From positions 193,079 through 257,078 of the forward strand of contig JABIXC010000010.1 in the NCBI GenBank assembly GCA_018666775.1: DNA of 64,000 nucleotides, written 5' to 3'. Source of the DNA: Rhodospirillales bacterium. GTDB taxonomy: Bacteria > Pseudomonadota > Alphaproteobacteria > SMXQ01. This document shows, in pieces, positions 10,019 to 19,417 of this stretch. The notes under the pieces are model-generated. The model made no database searches, was not told the origin of the DNA, and was given only the letters and a program-made list of their open reading frames with translations. The position numbers and the translations under genes are program-made. How positions within the stretch are numbered: position 1 is the stretch's first letter; every line of letters begins with the position of its first letter.

Positions 10019-11146
10019 ATGGCCAATGCGCCCCATAACCCCCCGTTTCGTGCCGAATTAATCGGCAGCTTGATCCGTCCCGATGCCATCAAGGCGGTGC
10101 GCAAGGCATTTGAAGCAGGTGAGACCGATGCTGCCAATATGCGCGACGTTGAAAGTGCTGAGATCAAGAAGGTTATTGCCTTGCAGGAAGAGCTGGGCTT
10201 CAAGGTGGTTAGCGATGGGGAATTGCGGCGTTATTCCTATTACGACAGTTTCACCACCCACGGCATTACAGGCATGCGTGAAGGCCCCGATATCCGTGGT
10301 AAATTTGCCTATCATGACAAGGGCGGTGATGTCATCGGACAGCGCGTTCCCCAGATTTATGACAAGGTAAGCTGGGCCGGACCGACCAATGTTTCCGATT
10401 ATGAGTTTGCCGCATCCTGCACCAAATCGGCGATTGTTAAAATGACCGTTCCGGGGCCGGCGTATATCCATTTTCGTGCGGGCCGGGCCAATATTTCCGA
10501 AGACATCTATCCCAATCTGGATGATTACTGGTCAGATCTGGTCGGGGCCTATCATGGGGAAATCAAGTCTTTGTATGACGGGGGGTGCCGGTATTTCCAA
10601 ATCGATGAAACCTCCATTGCCAAACTGGGTGACCCTGAAATTCGCGCTGGCTTGGCCGAACGCGGCGATGATTGGGAACAACTTCTGGATACCTATATTG
10701 AGGCCTGTAATGCAGTGGCCGATGGTGCCCCCGATGATATGGCCGTTGGCATCCATCTTTGCCGGGGCAATAAAGCAGGCCATTGGCAGGCAGCGGGTGG
10801 CTATGATGATGTTGCTGAAAAACTGTTCCGCAATCTTCGGATCAATACTTATTTTCTGGAATATGATTCCGAACGTGCCGGGTCATTTGCACCGTTGGCG
10901 GCGCTGCCCGATGACAAGACCGTGGTGATTGGCGCCATGACAACCAAATCAGCAGAGCTTGAAACCGCCGATGCCCTGAAAGCACGGATCAAGGAAGCGG
11001 CTGAATTTGTTGATCTTGATCGGCTCTGCATTTCACCCCAGTGCGGGTTCTCAAGCTCGGTCGAAGGGGTTATGAACGTCGAACAGCAGCGTGCCAAATT
11101 GACCCGCCTGATTGAAGTGGCCCGTGAACTTTGGTCCGATGCCTAA
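10019..11146 (+). CDS. cobalamin-independent methionine synthase (MetE) C-terminal-domain-like Zn-dependent methyltransferase
   Basis: 375 aa in the UroD/MetE-like fold with putative Zn ligands (IGIHLCRGN; LCISPQCGFSS), as in single-domain MetE-like family proteins. Confidence 0.75.
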   Translation: MANAPHNPPFRAELIGSLIRPDAIKAVRKAFEAGETDAANMRDVESAEIKKVIALQEELGFKVVSDGELRRYSYYDSFTTHGITGMREGPDIRGKFAYHDKGGDVIGQRVPQIYDKVSWAGPTNVSDYEFAASCTKSAIVKMTVPGPAYIHFRAGRANISEDIYPNLDDYWSDLVGAYHGEIKSLYDGGCRYFQIDETSIAKLGDPEIRAGLAERGDDWEQLLDTYIEACNAVADGAPDDMAVGIHLCRGNKAGHWQAAGGYDDVAEKLFRNLRINTYFLEYDSERAGSFAPLAALPDDKTVVIGAMTTKSAELETADALKARIKEAAEFVDLDRLCISPQCGFSSSVEGVMNVEQQRAKLTRLIEVARELWSDA

Positions 11147-11164
11147 ACCCGCATTCGGGATCGC

Positions 11165-11887
11165 CTAGAGCAAATACCGTACCCCGATGGGATAGCCCTT
11201 TTTTAGCGGGTCGCGGTAGTAGCTTGCGTGCAGGATGGTTCGGTTATCAAACACGCAAATTTCACCGCACCCTTCAGGGGCGCGCCATTTTTCTTCGACC
11301 ATGATGTCACCAATTAAGGGTTCCACCGCTTCATTGGCAAACAGGTCGTAATGGGCCTTGGTCGGGCTATGGGCGCGCGTGCCTTCTCTGAGCGACTGGG
11401 CATAACAGACCGCATTGGCACACAACAGAGTGGTTGATGTCCTGGGTGCCTTATGGATGGGATCAAAGGGGTCGCGGCAAAAAAAGGAATAAACATTGTC
11501 ACTGTCAGGGGGGCGGTCGTAATGAAATGCCAGAGACGGAAAAATATTTTTCTGTCCCTGGGCCCGTTCTTCGGATGAAAGATGGGTGTGTTTGAATAAA
11601 ACCACGCCAAAGCGCGCGATCATATCCTTGATAGTGTCATGGAGAACCCAGTCAGCGTTATAGGCTGCGAGTTCCACTTCGTGATCGAATGAAACCAAAA
11701 GCCCAAAATGTTCAAACGGGCAAGTGATTCCGGCCCCCATTGCCGATGCGCCATAATGGGCTTCGATATTTTCTCGATAATTGGGAATCAGGATGCGCAT
11801 GGTGACGGTAGCGCCATCGACAGACATGGTCTGCGGCATTAAGGGGGCTGTTTCAAGGATCGTCGGAGCGGGCGGTGTTAAAATCAC
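11165..11887 (-). CDS. hypothetical protein, possible metal-dependent oxygenase-like (cupin/TauD-like motifs)
   Basis: 240-aa ORF with a cupin-like motif (FKHTHLSSEE = HxH(x)3E) and a C-terminal motif (ICVFDNRTILHASYY) resembling DNRxxxH(R/A) of TauD/clavaminate-synthase-like Fe(II)/2OG oxygenases. No confident family call can be made from sequence alone. Confidence 0.4.
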   Translation of the reverse strand: MILTPPAPTILETAPLMPQTMSVDGATVTMRILIPNYRENIEAHYGASAMGAGITCPFEHFGLLVSFDHEVELAAYNADWVLHDTIKDMIARFGVVLFKHTHLSSEERAQGQKNIFPSLAFHYDRPPDSDNVYSFFCRDPFDPIHKAPRTSTTLLCANAVCYAQSLREGTRAHSPTKAHYDLFANEAVEPLIGDIMVEEKWRAPEGCGEICVFDNRTILHASYYRDPLKKGYPIGVRYLL

Positions 11888-11896
11888 AATTAAGGG

Positions 11897-12478
11897 CTAT
11901 AGCGCGCCTTTCAAGCGGGAGGTTCGAGCCTTCATGAGCGGGGTTAGACGCTCAGCAATGGTGGCGACATCTTGCTGAAGTATCTCAAGAGGCTGGGGGT
12001 TGTCGTCGGTGATGGGCTCAACACAAAAGGTGGTGTCAGCATTGTCGTCATCGCTGAAGGTCAGGACGACCCGCCAGCGAGCGTTGATGATATCCCTGTG
12101 GAAAAGGTCTTCCAGGCATTCCCCTAAAATTCGGATGTGGATCAACGAATCGGTATAGAACCAAACCCTGGGCAATTTCCACAACTGGCCATTGGTGTGG
12201 GCGTGTCCTTCGCAGGACCAGCAGGGATCAAACACGGAATAGCTTTTTAATTCAAAGACCAGCGGTGCGATTTTTGGCTCAATGGGATAATTCTCAGGGT
12301 CGCTCGACAGCATCTCGCCAACATCAGGGCAGTATCTTGAACATGTATTCGGGTTGGCCTTGGGGCAATTCGCGGCACAGGGGATCGTCTGCTGCCCGCA
12401 GCCTTCGGCCAGGGCATCCAGTTCAGCACGAAAACTTGCAATCCGATCAGGGCTGCAATCGCGTTTCTCGATCTTCAT
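11897..12478 (-). CDS. hypothetical cysteine-rich protein
   Basis: 193-aa ORF lying 10 bp upstream of 11165..11887 on the same strand. It carries about 11 Cys including C-x7-C-x6-C-x3-C-x7-C-x3-C and CWSCEGHAH, suggestive of metal or Fe-S binding, with no recognizable family. Confidence 0.4.
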   Translation of the reverse strand: MKIEKRDCSPDRIASFRAELDALAEGCGQQTIPCAANCPKANPNTCSRYCPDVGEMLSSDPENYPIEPKIAPLVFELKSYSVFDPCWSCEGHAHTNGQLWKLPRVWFYTDSLIHIRILGECLEDLFHRDIINARWRVVLTFSDDDNADTTFCVEPITDDNPQPLEILQQDVATIAERLTPLMKARTSRLKGAL

Positions 12479-12653
12479 AACCCGCCTTAATGGTCCAACA
12501 AAGACACGTCAAATTAAGCTGCCATGTTTAGCAGCAGGCGAAACAAGGGTTGCATTGAAATTCTTAAATTTAGATAAATTGGTGTTTGCTAACCAGGTTT
12601 AGCCCGCCAAGTGGGGCCAGAAGGCAGGGGGGCTTTGCCATTCGAAGGTGTGA

Positions 12654-13316
12654 TTATCCGGCTTTGGCCTGTTCGAACTTGTGTGCAAGAAGGGCGGCCT
12701 CGGTACGGTTGTTAACCTTGAGCAGCTTTAAAATGGTGGAAACATGGATTTGTACGGTGCGCGGCGATATCTCCAGGGCCTTGGCGATGTCGGCATTGCG
12801 TTTCCCTGTGGCGACCAATTCCAGAACCTGGCGCTGGCGGGATGTCAAAACCCCCAGGGGGCTACTGTCGTCTTCATAGATGTAGCTGGTTTGGGTTTCC
12901 TGCAATATTCCAGGTTCTGGTGTATCTGCCAGTCCTGCGGGTAGCCAAATTTCACCAGACAGGACGCGTTCAATGGCAATGTCCAGGGCCGCCCGTGGGG
13001 ATGATTTGAGAAATAGCCCCGCCGCCCCTGATTCAATGGCGCGCAATGCCCAACGCCGGGAATCTGTGGCCGTCATGACAATAATGGGGACCGTGGGAGC
13101 GGTCTGGCGCAGGCGTTTCAATTCACCCAAAGGTTCAATTTCAGGGATGGAGAAATCAAACAGGCAAAGATCAAAGGATGTTTTGGAGGCAAGGGCCTGT
13201 AGGGCCATGTCCAGATTTTCAATTTCTGTGATTTTAGAGCGAGGATTTATATCTAGAAGGTGGCTGGCAAGCCCGGCTCGCGTTGCCCAATGGGCATCGA
13301 CAATCAAGATATTCAT
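12654..13316 (-). CDS. two-component response regulator, NarL/FixJ (LuxR-type HTH) family
   Basis: REC domain (MNILIVDAH...LCLFDFSIPE...IIVMTAT...LFLKS) plus a C-terminal LuxR HTH (LTSRQRQVLELVATGKRNADIAKALEISPRTVQIHVSTILKKL). The start is taken at MNILIV rather than the upstream in-frame M. Confidence 0.85.
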   Translation of the reverse strand: MNILIVDAHWATRAGLASHLLDINPRSKITEIENLDMALQALASKTSFDLCLFDFSIPEIEPLGELKRLRQTAPTVPIIVMTATDSRRWALRAIESGAAGLFLKSSPRAALDIAIERVLSGEIWLPAGLADTPEPGILQETQTSYIYEDDSSPLGVLTSRQRQVLELVATGKRNADIAKALEISPRTVQIHVSTILKLLKVNNRTEAALLAHKFEQAKAG

Positions 13317-13753
13317 GAGCCCGCATTTCCTCTGGCTGGCAGATGCGGCCCTATAGTGTTTGCCGACATATCCCAATTCTTACTGTTTAATTTACCATAA
13401 ATACAGAGCCACTCTTAGGGGAGTTCGGCATAAAAGTCTAGTAGGTTTGGCCCAGAACATAACCTTGAAGGCCTGAATAACAGCCAGAATATTTCTCCGG
13501 TGTTGCGAATAATTATGAGTCATTTCGAAATTAAACCTTTTGTTTACCGGTTTACCTTAAAAACAAGATTGGATTTTAGACAAAGTAGATACGAAATTTG
13601 CGTAACACTAGCCTGCCAGCGAAATGCCACTCATTCGCATAACGCTATTAAATGAATGCAAAGGTCAAAAAATGCAGAGGCTGGGGGACAGCCTTGATTT
13701 TACCTTTGGAGACCCATAGGGCCCCTAAAAGGCCCACTAGGAAGGAAAAAATA

Positions 13754-15709
13754 ATGTTTTCGGCACTTAAAAAGAAAGTTGGCCCCTCTGAGGTCAGCAC
13801 TTCAGGAGAATTGGAGACCGCGGCATTCCGCCAGATGGTCGATCAAATGCCCATCAATGTGATGACGTGTGATCTCGTGGAATTCAAGATCAACTATGTG
13901 AACCAATCAACCTTGGACACAGCGAAAACACTGGAAGCCGTTCTTCCCGTCAAGGCTGATCAACTGGTTGGAACCTGTGTTGATATTTTCCACAAAAACC
14001 CGGCCCATCAGCGCAAGCTGCTGTCTGATCCCGCCAATCTGCCCCATAAAGCGCAGATCACTGTGGCAGATGAAATTCTGGATCTTTTGGTCACAGCTAT
14101 TTATGACGCTTCGGGCAAATATATTGGCCCCATGCTCACCTGGTCCATTGTTACCGAACAGGTGAAGGCCGATTTTGAAACGTCTCGTCTTTTGAACATG
14201 ATTGAGCAGATGCCCATGAATGTCATGACGGCTGATCTTGAAACCTTCAAGATAGATTATGCCAACCAGGCGACACTGGATACGATCAAGACCCTGGAAC
14301 ATGTCATGCCGGTCAAGACCGATGAATTGGTTGGCACCTGTATTGATATCTTCCACAAGGACCCGGCCCATCAGCGTCGTCTGTTGGCCGATCCTGCTAA
14401 TTTGCCCCATCAGACGATTATCGAATTTGCCGGAGAATATTTGGACCTGACGGTCACGGCGATCACCGATAAGTCAGGCAAATACCTTGGGCCGATGCTC
14501 AGCTGGGATATTGTCACAGCCAAGATCAAGTCCGAAGCTGATACCAAGCGCCTGTTGAGCATGGTTGATCAGATGCCGATCAATGTGATGACCCTGGATC
14601 CAGAAGACTTCACCATTAACTACCTGAACCAGACTTCTAAAAATACGCTCAAGCAGGTTGAAAGCCTGTTGCCGTGTAGTGCGGAAGAAGTTGCAGGCAA
14701 ATGTGTGGATATCTTCCATAAAAATCCTGCCCATCAGCGTCAGCTGCTTGGCAACCCTGATAACCTGCCCCATGAAGCCAATATCAAACTCGGCGATGAA
14801 ACTCTGAAATTGGAAGTTTCAGCAGTCCGTGATGAAAGTGGCAAGTATCTTGGGCCGATGGTTTGTTGGGATGTGATCAGTGAACAGATCGGCATGGGCA
14901 TTCGCGTTCGTGAAGTGACTGATGCAGTTGCTGCATCAGCGACCGAACTGAAATCCACTGCTGAATCCATGTCGGCAACGGCAGAAGAAACCAACCAGCA
15001 GGCTGGTGCTGTGGCGGCTGCCTCTGAACAGGCAACAACCAATGTCCAGACTGTGGCATCTTCTGCGGAAGAACTGTCCGCTTCGATCAACGAGATCGGG
15101 GAACAGGTCTCCCAGTCTGCCAACATTGCCCGCCAGGCAGTTGAAGAAACCCAAAAGACCAACGAAACGGTCCAGGGTCTCGCCGAAGCGGCACAAAAGA
15201 TCGGTGAAGTTGTGAACCTCATCAACGATATTGCGGCTCAGACCAACTTGTTGGCCCTGAACGCAACCATCGAAGCGGCCCGTGCCGGTGATGCAGGTAA
15301 AGGCTTTGCGGTTGTGGCTTCTGAAGTCAAGAGCCTGGCCACCCAGACGGCCCAGGCGACTGAAGAAATCGCTGCTCAGATCAATTCAATGCAGACGGTA
15401 ACCCAGGAAGCGGTCTCCGCCATTGGGGGCATTACCTCTACCATTGAACAGATCAATGAAATCGCTGGTGCCATTGCGGCGGCGGTTGAAGAGCAGGGTG
15501 CTGCAACGCAGGAAATTGCCCGCAACACCCAGGAAGCTTCGAAAGGCACCCAGGAGGTCTCCTCCAATATTGCTGGTGTTACCGAAGCCGCCCAGGAGAC
15601 CGGAAAGGCATCAGAAGATCTTCTGAATGCTTCTTCGGAACTCGCCAAACAGGGCAACCAGCTTTCATCTGAAATTGATCAGTTCATGAGCAAAATTGGC
15701 GCTGCATAA
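13754..15709 (+). CDS. soluble methyl-accepting chemotaxis protein with three tandem PAS domains
   Basis: No TM segments. Three ~121-aa PAS-like repeats are followed by an MCP signalling domain ([54 protein letters not shown]). An RBS (AGGAAGGAAAAAATAATG) precedes the ATG at 13754. Confidence 0.85.
   Translation: MFSALKKKVGPSEVSTSGELETAAFRQMVDQMPINVMTCDLVEFKINYVNQSTLDTAKTLEAVLPVKADQLVGTCVDIFHKNPAHQRKLLSDPANLPHKAQITVADEILDLLVTAIYDASGKYIGPMLTWSIVTEQVKADFETSRLLNMIEQMPMNVMTADLETFKIDYANQATLDTIKTLEHVMPVKTDELVGTCIDIFHKDPAHQRRLLADPANLPHQTIIEFAGEYLDLTVTAITDKSGKYLGPMLSWDIVTAKIKSEADTKRLLSMVDQMPINVMTLDPEDFTINYLNQTSKNTLKQVESLLPCSAEEVAGKCVDIFHKNPAHQRQLLGNPDNLPHEANIKLGDETLKLEVSAVRDESGKYLGPMVCWDVISEQIGMGIRVREVTDAVAASATELKSTAESMSATAEETNQQAGAVAAASEQATTNVQTVASSAEELSASINEIGEQVSQSANIARQAVEETQKTNETVQGLAEAAQKIGEVVNLINDIAAQTNLLALNATIEAARAGDAGKGFAVVASEVKSLATQTAQATEEIAAQINSMQTVTQEAVSAIGGITSTIEQINEIAGAIAAAVEEQGAATQEIARNTQEASKGTQEVSSNIAGVTEAAQETGKASEDLLNASSELAKQGNQLSSEIDQFMSKIGAA
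13805..14893 (+). repeat. three tandem ~363-bp intragenic repeats encoding PAS domains
   Basis: Protein repeats [16 protein letters not shown]..., [14 protein letters not shown]..., [14 protein letters not shown]... each contain a conserved DIFHK(N/D)PAHQR(K/R/Q)LL..P(A/D)NLPH block. Confidence 0.8.
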
Positions 15710-15720
15710 GGCCGGTTTTA

Positions 15721-15748
15721 CCCGCCCGAAGGTCAAACTTCGGGCGGG
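15721..15748 (+). terminator. hairpin downstream of the MCP gene
   Basis: CCCGCCCGAAG-GTCAAA-CTTCGGGCGGG stem-loop, with a weak T-tract. Confidence 0.5.
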
Positions 15749-15802
15749 CAATTTCTCTACTGAATATCTGGTACATTCTGAATTATTATTTTTTTCCTTC
15801 TA

Positions 15803-15840
15803 AACCGGTCCGCAAATTTTGCGGGCCGGTTTCCTTTTGT
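15803..15840. terminator. second hairpin with T-tract between the convergent MCP and TAXI-like genes
   Basis: ACCGGTCCGCAAA-TTTTGCGGGCCGGT palindrome followed by TTCCTTTTGT. Confidence 0.55.
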
Positions 15841-15843
15841 GCC

Positions 15844-16821
15844 CTAGTCCAGATAACCGCATTCACGCCAATAGGCTTCAGCCGCATCATGCAGCGGCAC
15901 ATCCAGCGGCGTATCTGGGGCATCCCTGCACATGCGTGCTACCGGCAGCGCACCTTCGCCTTGCCAGGGGATAAGGTCCCGTCGGGCATCCAGGGCTTTG
16001 CAAATGGTGTGTACCAGATCATCGGGGGTTTTTTCCAAGACATAGATCGGCCAACCACTGAAATCAATGGTGAGAATATCGTGAGGTAATTTGGGATATA
16101 GGCTTTTGCTGATAATCCCACGGCGGTACCCAATGGCTTCTAGCTTCACAACGGTTTCTTCCCGAAGCGACAGGATGTTCATGCCTGCATCAATGGCATC
16201 TTCAACCCATTCCTGCACTGCCTCATCAAAGATGGCATCGGCCGTGCCGGCTTCAATGGCACCAAACCGGGGTTTTCCGGGGCGCACAGCATAATCGACA
16301 TTGCCACCCCATGATTTGATGTCATCAATTGAAAAGCCGGCGGCGGCCAGAATGTGCTCGACCATTATGTGAATGCAATGGTTGGGTGGATCGCGCAGCA
16401 ACATGCGCAGGGGATATTTTTTGGCACCAATATCTTCCAGATTAGTGATCCCTGAATCTGAATTAACGGCGAATACCAGTTGATCAAAAGACGGGATGAC
16501 ACCGATCATGCGAACGGGTTGGGGGGCCGTAAAAATGCCAGTCCCCCGATGGGCCATGGTTAAGATGGCGGCCGGATTAATCATGGAAAGGGTTGCCGTG
16601 CCATCAATGACCGCATTCAGGCCTTCCATTGTGCTGTTGCCAAACAGCGAAACGGGCCAGGTATTTGCATCTTTTTCACGTATCTGGATATTGACTTGGC
16701 GCATGGGCTGATCTTCGATCGCCACCATGCCAGCGGCCATTTCCAGAACCAGTTGGGCACGGATGGTTGATGCGCTGACCCAGTTTTCGCTCGCCTCTTT
16801 TGGTGATTTTTGTTCGCTCAT
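15844..16821 (-). CDS. TAXI-family (TRAP-associated) solute-binding-protein-like protein, no signal peptide
   Basis: Similar to TAXI/NMT1-like periplasmic binding proteins (PVRMIGVIPSFDQLVFAVNSDSGITNLEDIGAKKYPL...). The start is set at MSEQKSP (ATG at 16819..16821) because of the RBS AGGGGGAAACA. It lacks an N-terminal signal or lipobox. Confidence 0.55.
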   Translation of the reverse strand: MSEQKSPKEASENWVSASTIRAQLVLEMAAGMVAIEDQPMRQVNIQIREKDANTWPVSLFGNSTMEGLNAVIDGTATLSMINPAAILTMAHRGTGIFTAPQPVRMIGVIPSFDQLVFAVNSDSGITNLEDIGAKKYPLRMLLRDPPNHCIHIMVEHILAAAGFSIDDIKSWGGNVDYAVRPGKPRFGAIEAGTADAIFDEAVQEWVEDAIDAGMNILSLREETVVKLEAIGYRRGIISKSLYPKLPHDILTIDFSGWPIYVLEKTPDDLVHTICKALDARRDLIPWQGEGALPVARMCRDAPDTPLDVPLHDAAEAYWRECGYLD

Positions 16822-17004
16822 GTTTCCCCCTGTATCCACCTGTAGCGGTGTTTCTATTTTTATAGGACCAGTTAACCATCCAGAGTAGCAAAGCACAGCT
16901 AATCTTTCTAAGGGGCGTTCTAGAAACACACTGAATTTTTGGTGGCAATATGCTATTTGGTGGCGACACCCTGTGACCCTCTAAATTAACGGTGCTAAAT
17001 CAGT

Positions 17005-18690
17005 ATGTTAGAAAATATAAAATACATCTACACCATGCAGAACATGACCAAGGCCTATCCAGGCCAGCGGGAAACTGTGAAGGATGTGACCCTGGCCTTT
17101 TTGCCGGGAGCAAAAATCGGGGTGCTTGGTACCAATGGTACTGGCAAGTCCACAGTTTTGCGGATCATGGCGGGGCTGGACACCGAATTTTCAGGTGAAG
17201 CCCGTGCAGCGGACGGTGCCAAGATCGGCTACCTGCCCCAAGAACCGGAACTGGACCCAGCCAAGGATGTGATCGGCAATGTCCTGGAGGGGCTTGGTGA
17301 AATCAAGGAAATCATGGATCGGTTTGAAGCCGTCAGTGCGCGCTTTGCCGAGGAAATGACCGATGATGAAATGACGGCCCTTTTGGCCGAACAGGGTGAA
17401 TTGCAGGAAAAAATTGATGCCGCAGACGGCTGGGAACTGGAACGTCAGGTGGAAATCGCCATGGATGCGCTGCGCTGTCCGCCGTCTGATGGGGATGTGA
17501 CAACCTTGTCCGGGGGGGAAAAGCGCAGGGTGGCACTTTGCCGGTTATTGCTAAGTCGCCCTGATCTTCTTCTTCTTGATGAACCGACCAACCATCTGGA
17601 TGCAGAATCCGTTGCCTGGCTGGAACACTTCCTTGCTGATTATGAAGGCACGGTGGTTGCCGTGACCCATGACCGGTATTTTCTGGATAACGTGGCGGGG
17701 TGGATTTTGGAATTGGACCGGGGCCGTGCGATCCCGTTTGAAGGCAATTATTCTGCATGGTTGATAGCCAAGGAAAAGCGGCTTTCCCAAGAAGCCCGCG
17801 AAGATGCCGCTCAGGCCAAGGTCGTTGCCCGTGAACTGGAATGGATTCAGGCAAGTCCAGAGGCCCGTCGGACAAAGTCAAAGGCCCGGCTTGCTTCTTA
17901 TGACCGCCTGGTAGCAGATGCAGAAACCCGGACCGTTGGGAATGCCCAGATTTTAATCCCGCCTGGCCCGCGTCTTGGGACTGTGGTGGTCGAAGCCAAA
18001 GGCTTGACCAAAGCCCATGGTGCAAAACTTTTAATTGATGGACTTGATTTTCAATTGCCCCCAGGGGGCATTGTTGGCGTTATCGGTCCCAATGGGGCTG
18101 GCAAAAGTACCTTGATGCAAATGATTACCGGTGCCCAAGAGCCCGATCAGGGCAGCTTGCGCCTTGGTGAAACAGTGAAGCTTGGCTTTGTGGATCAGTC
18201 TCGTGATTCGCTGGAGGATGGCAAAACCGTTTGGGAAGAAATTTCGGATGGCGAAGATGAAGTCATTCTTGGCAAACATCACATGCCGTCGCGTGCGTAT
18301 GTTGGGGCATTTAATTTCAGGGGCCCCAACCAGCAGAAAAAAGTTGGCCAGTTATCGGGGGGTGAACGCAACAGGGTGCATTTGGCAAAGATGCTGAAAT
18401 CTGGGGCCAATTTTATACTTCTTGATGAACCCACCAATGACCTGGACGTGGATACATTGCGGGCATTAGAAGAAGCCTTGCTGGATTTTCCCGGAAGCGC
18501 TGTTGTTGTCAGCCATGACCGGTGGTTTCTGGACCGGATTGCCACGCATATCTTGGCCTTTGAAGGCGACAGTCATGTGGAATGGTTTCAGGGCAATTAC
18601 GCTGATTATGAAGCAGACCGTCATCGGCGCCTTGGCGCTGCCGCTGATCACCCCCATCGCATCAAATACAAGCCCCTCGCCCGGAATTGA
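17005..18690 (+). CDS. ettA: energy-dependent translational throttle protein EttA (ABC-F ATPase)
   Basis: Two ABC cassettes (GVLGTNGTGKST...LSGGEKRRVALCRLL...LLLDEPTNHLD; GVIGPNGAGKSTL...LSGGERNRVHLAKML...LLDEPTNDLD) and an N-terminus YIYTMQNMTKAYPG typical of EttA. Confidence 0.92.
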   Translation: MLENIKYIYTMQNMTKAYPGQRETVKDVTLAFLPGAKIGVLGTNGTGKSTVLRIMAGLDTEFSGEARAADGAKIGYLPQEPELDPAKDVIGNVLEGLGEIKEIMDRFEAVSARFAEEMTDDEMTALLAEQGELQEKIDAADGWELERQVEIAMDALRCPPSDGDVTTLSGGEKRRVALCRLLLSRPDLLLLDEPTNHLDAESVAWLEHFLADYEGTVVAVTHDRYFLDNVAGWILELDRGRAIPFEGNYSAWLIAKEKRLSQEAREDAAQAKVVARELEWIQASPEARRTKSKARLASYDRLVADAETRTVGNAQILIPPGPRLGTVVVEAKGLTKAHGAKLLIDGLDFQLPPGGIVGVIGPNGAGKSTLMQMITGAQEPDQGSLRLGETVKLGFVDQSRDSLEDGKTVWEEISDGEDEVILGKHHMPSRAYVGAFNFRGPNQQKKVGQLSGGERNRVHLAKMLKSGANFILLDEPTNDLDVDTLRALEEALLDFPGSAVVVSHDRWFLDRIATHILAFEGDSHVEWFQGNYADYEADRHRRLGAAADHPHRIKYKPLARN

Positions 18691-18712
18691 CCAGCTCGTT
18701 TACTGGGCCCGT

Positions 18713-19399
18713 TTATTGAGAGGGTGTTTCTGCTTCGAACCGGTTGGTGGCTTTGCGCAGGGCTTCGATGAGGCCCTGAACGCCTTTTCGGCGCTGATTG
18801 ATGACTGATGCAAATTGTTTGCGATGGGTCAGTGGCATGCTGATGCCTTCAATTTTTAAATCCAATGCTTTGTATTCGCTGGTTTTTTTACGAATACGCA
18901 TTTCCATGCTGATGGCCGGCCCTGAGACCTGATTGATGCGGCCATAGACGACGGTCAGGTCGTCATTTACCGGGACGACCCGAAGGACATCCACTGTTTG
19001 CCCACTGTATTTCTTGAACAACCCAGCATAATTATGGGCAACATAAATTTCATAGAGTTTGAGAAATTCGTTGAATTGTTTGTCGTTGGTTCGACGCCAA
19101 TAAACGCCAAGAACGAACTTGGCGACTGCAGGGATATCAAAGGATCGTGTTAACAACTGGCGCAAGCGTATTACACGTTCGCCATCGCTGATCTTTCTTG
19201 AGGCCAGATCCTTGATAACGGTGTCGCTCAAATTCTGGACAAAATCTCTGGCACCACTGCGTGACTGTGCGACCGTTGGGGTTGCCAACATTAGCGCTAC
19301 CGCAAGGACAGAAAAGAAGCGGGTGGCCCGATTGGGTCCGGCCATCCGGCTCAGTCCAGTAATTTGTGAGCATGCAAAATTCATCGCAAAACATCCCAT
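18713..19399 (-). CDS. mlaC: phospholipid-binding protein MlaC (toluene-tolerance Ttg2D family)
   Basis: Signal peptide (RFFSVLAVALMLATPTVAQS) and an MlaC-like body. The true start is probably the internal M (MAGPNR...) near 19345. Confidence 0.7.
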   Translation of the reverse strand: MGCFAMNFACSQITGLSRMAGPNRATRFFSVLAVALMLATPTVAQSRSGARDFVQNLSDTVIKDLASRKISDGERVIRLRQLLTRSFDIPAVAKFVLGVYWRRTNDKQFNEFLKLYEIYVAHNYAGLFKKYSGQTVDVLRVVPVNDDLTVVYGRINQVSGPAISMEMRIRKKTSEYKALDLKIEGISMPLTHRKQFASVINQRRKGVQGLIEALRKATNRFEAETPSQ

Positions 19400-19417
19400 C
19401 TGAAGGCTTTAGACGGC

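Noticed and set aside
12479-12653. Search for a tiny Cys-containing precursor peptide (RiPP or methanobactin-like) upstream of the Cys-rich and oxygenase-like genes
   Set aside because: Only 13-aa ORFs without Cys were found on the relevant strand (MAKPPAFWPHLAG, MQPLFRLLLNMAA), so a RiPP scenario has no support.
17333-18025. 230-aa Pro/His/Gly-rich minus-strand ORF
   Set aside because: It is antisense inside ettA, and its composition is typical of the reverse frame of a GC-rich gene.
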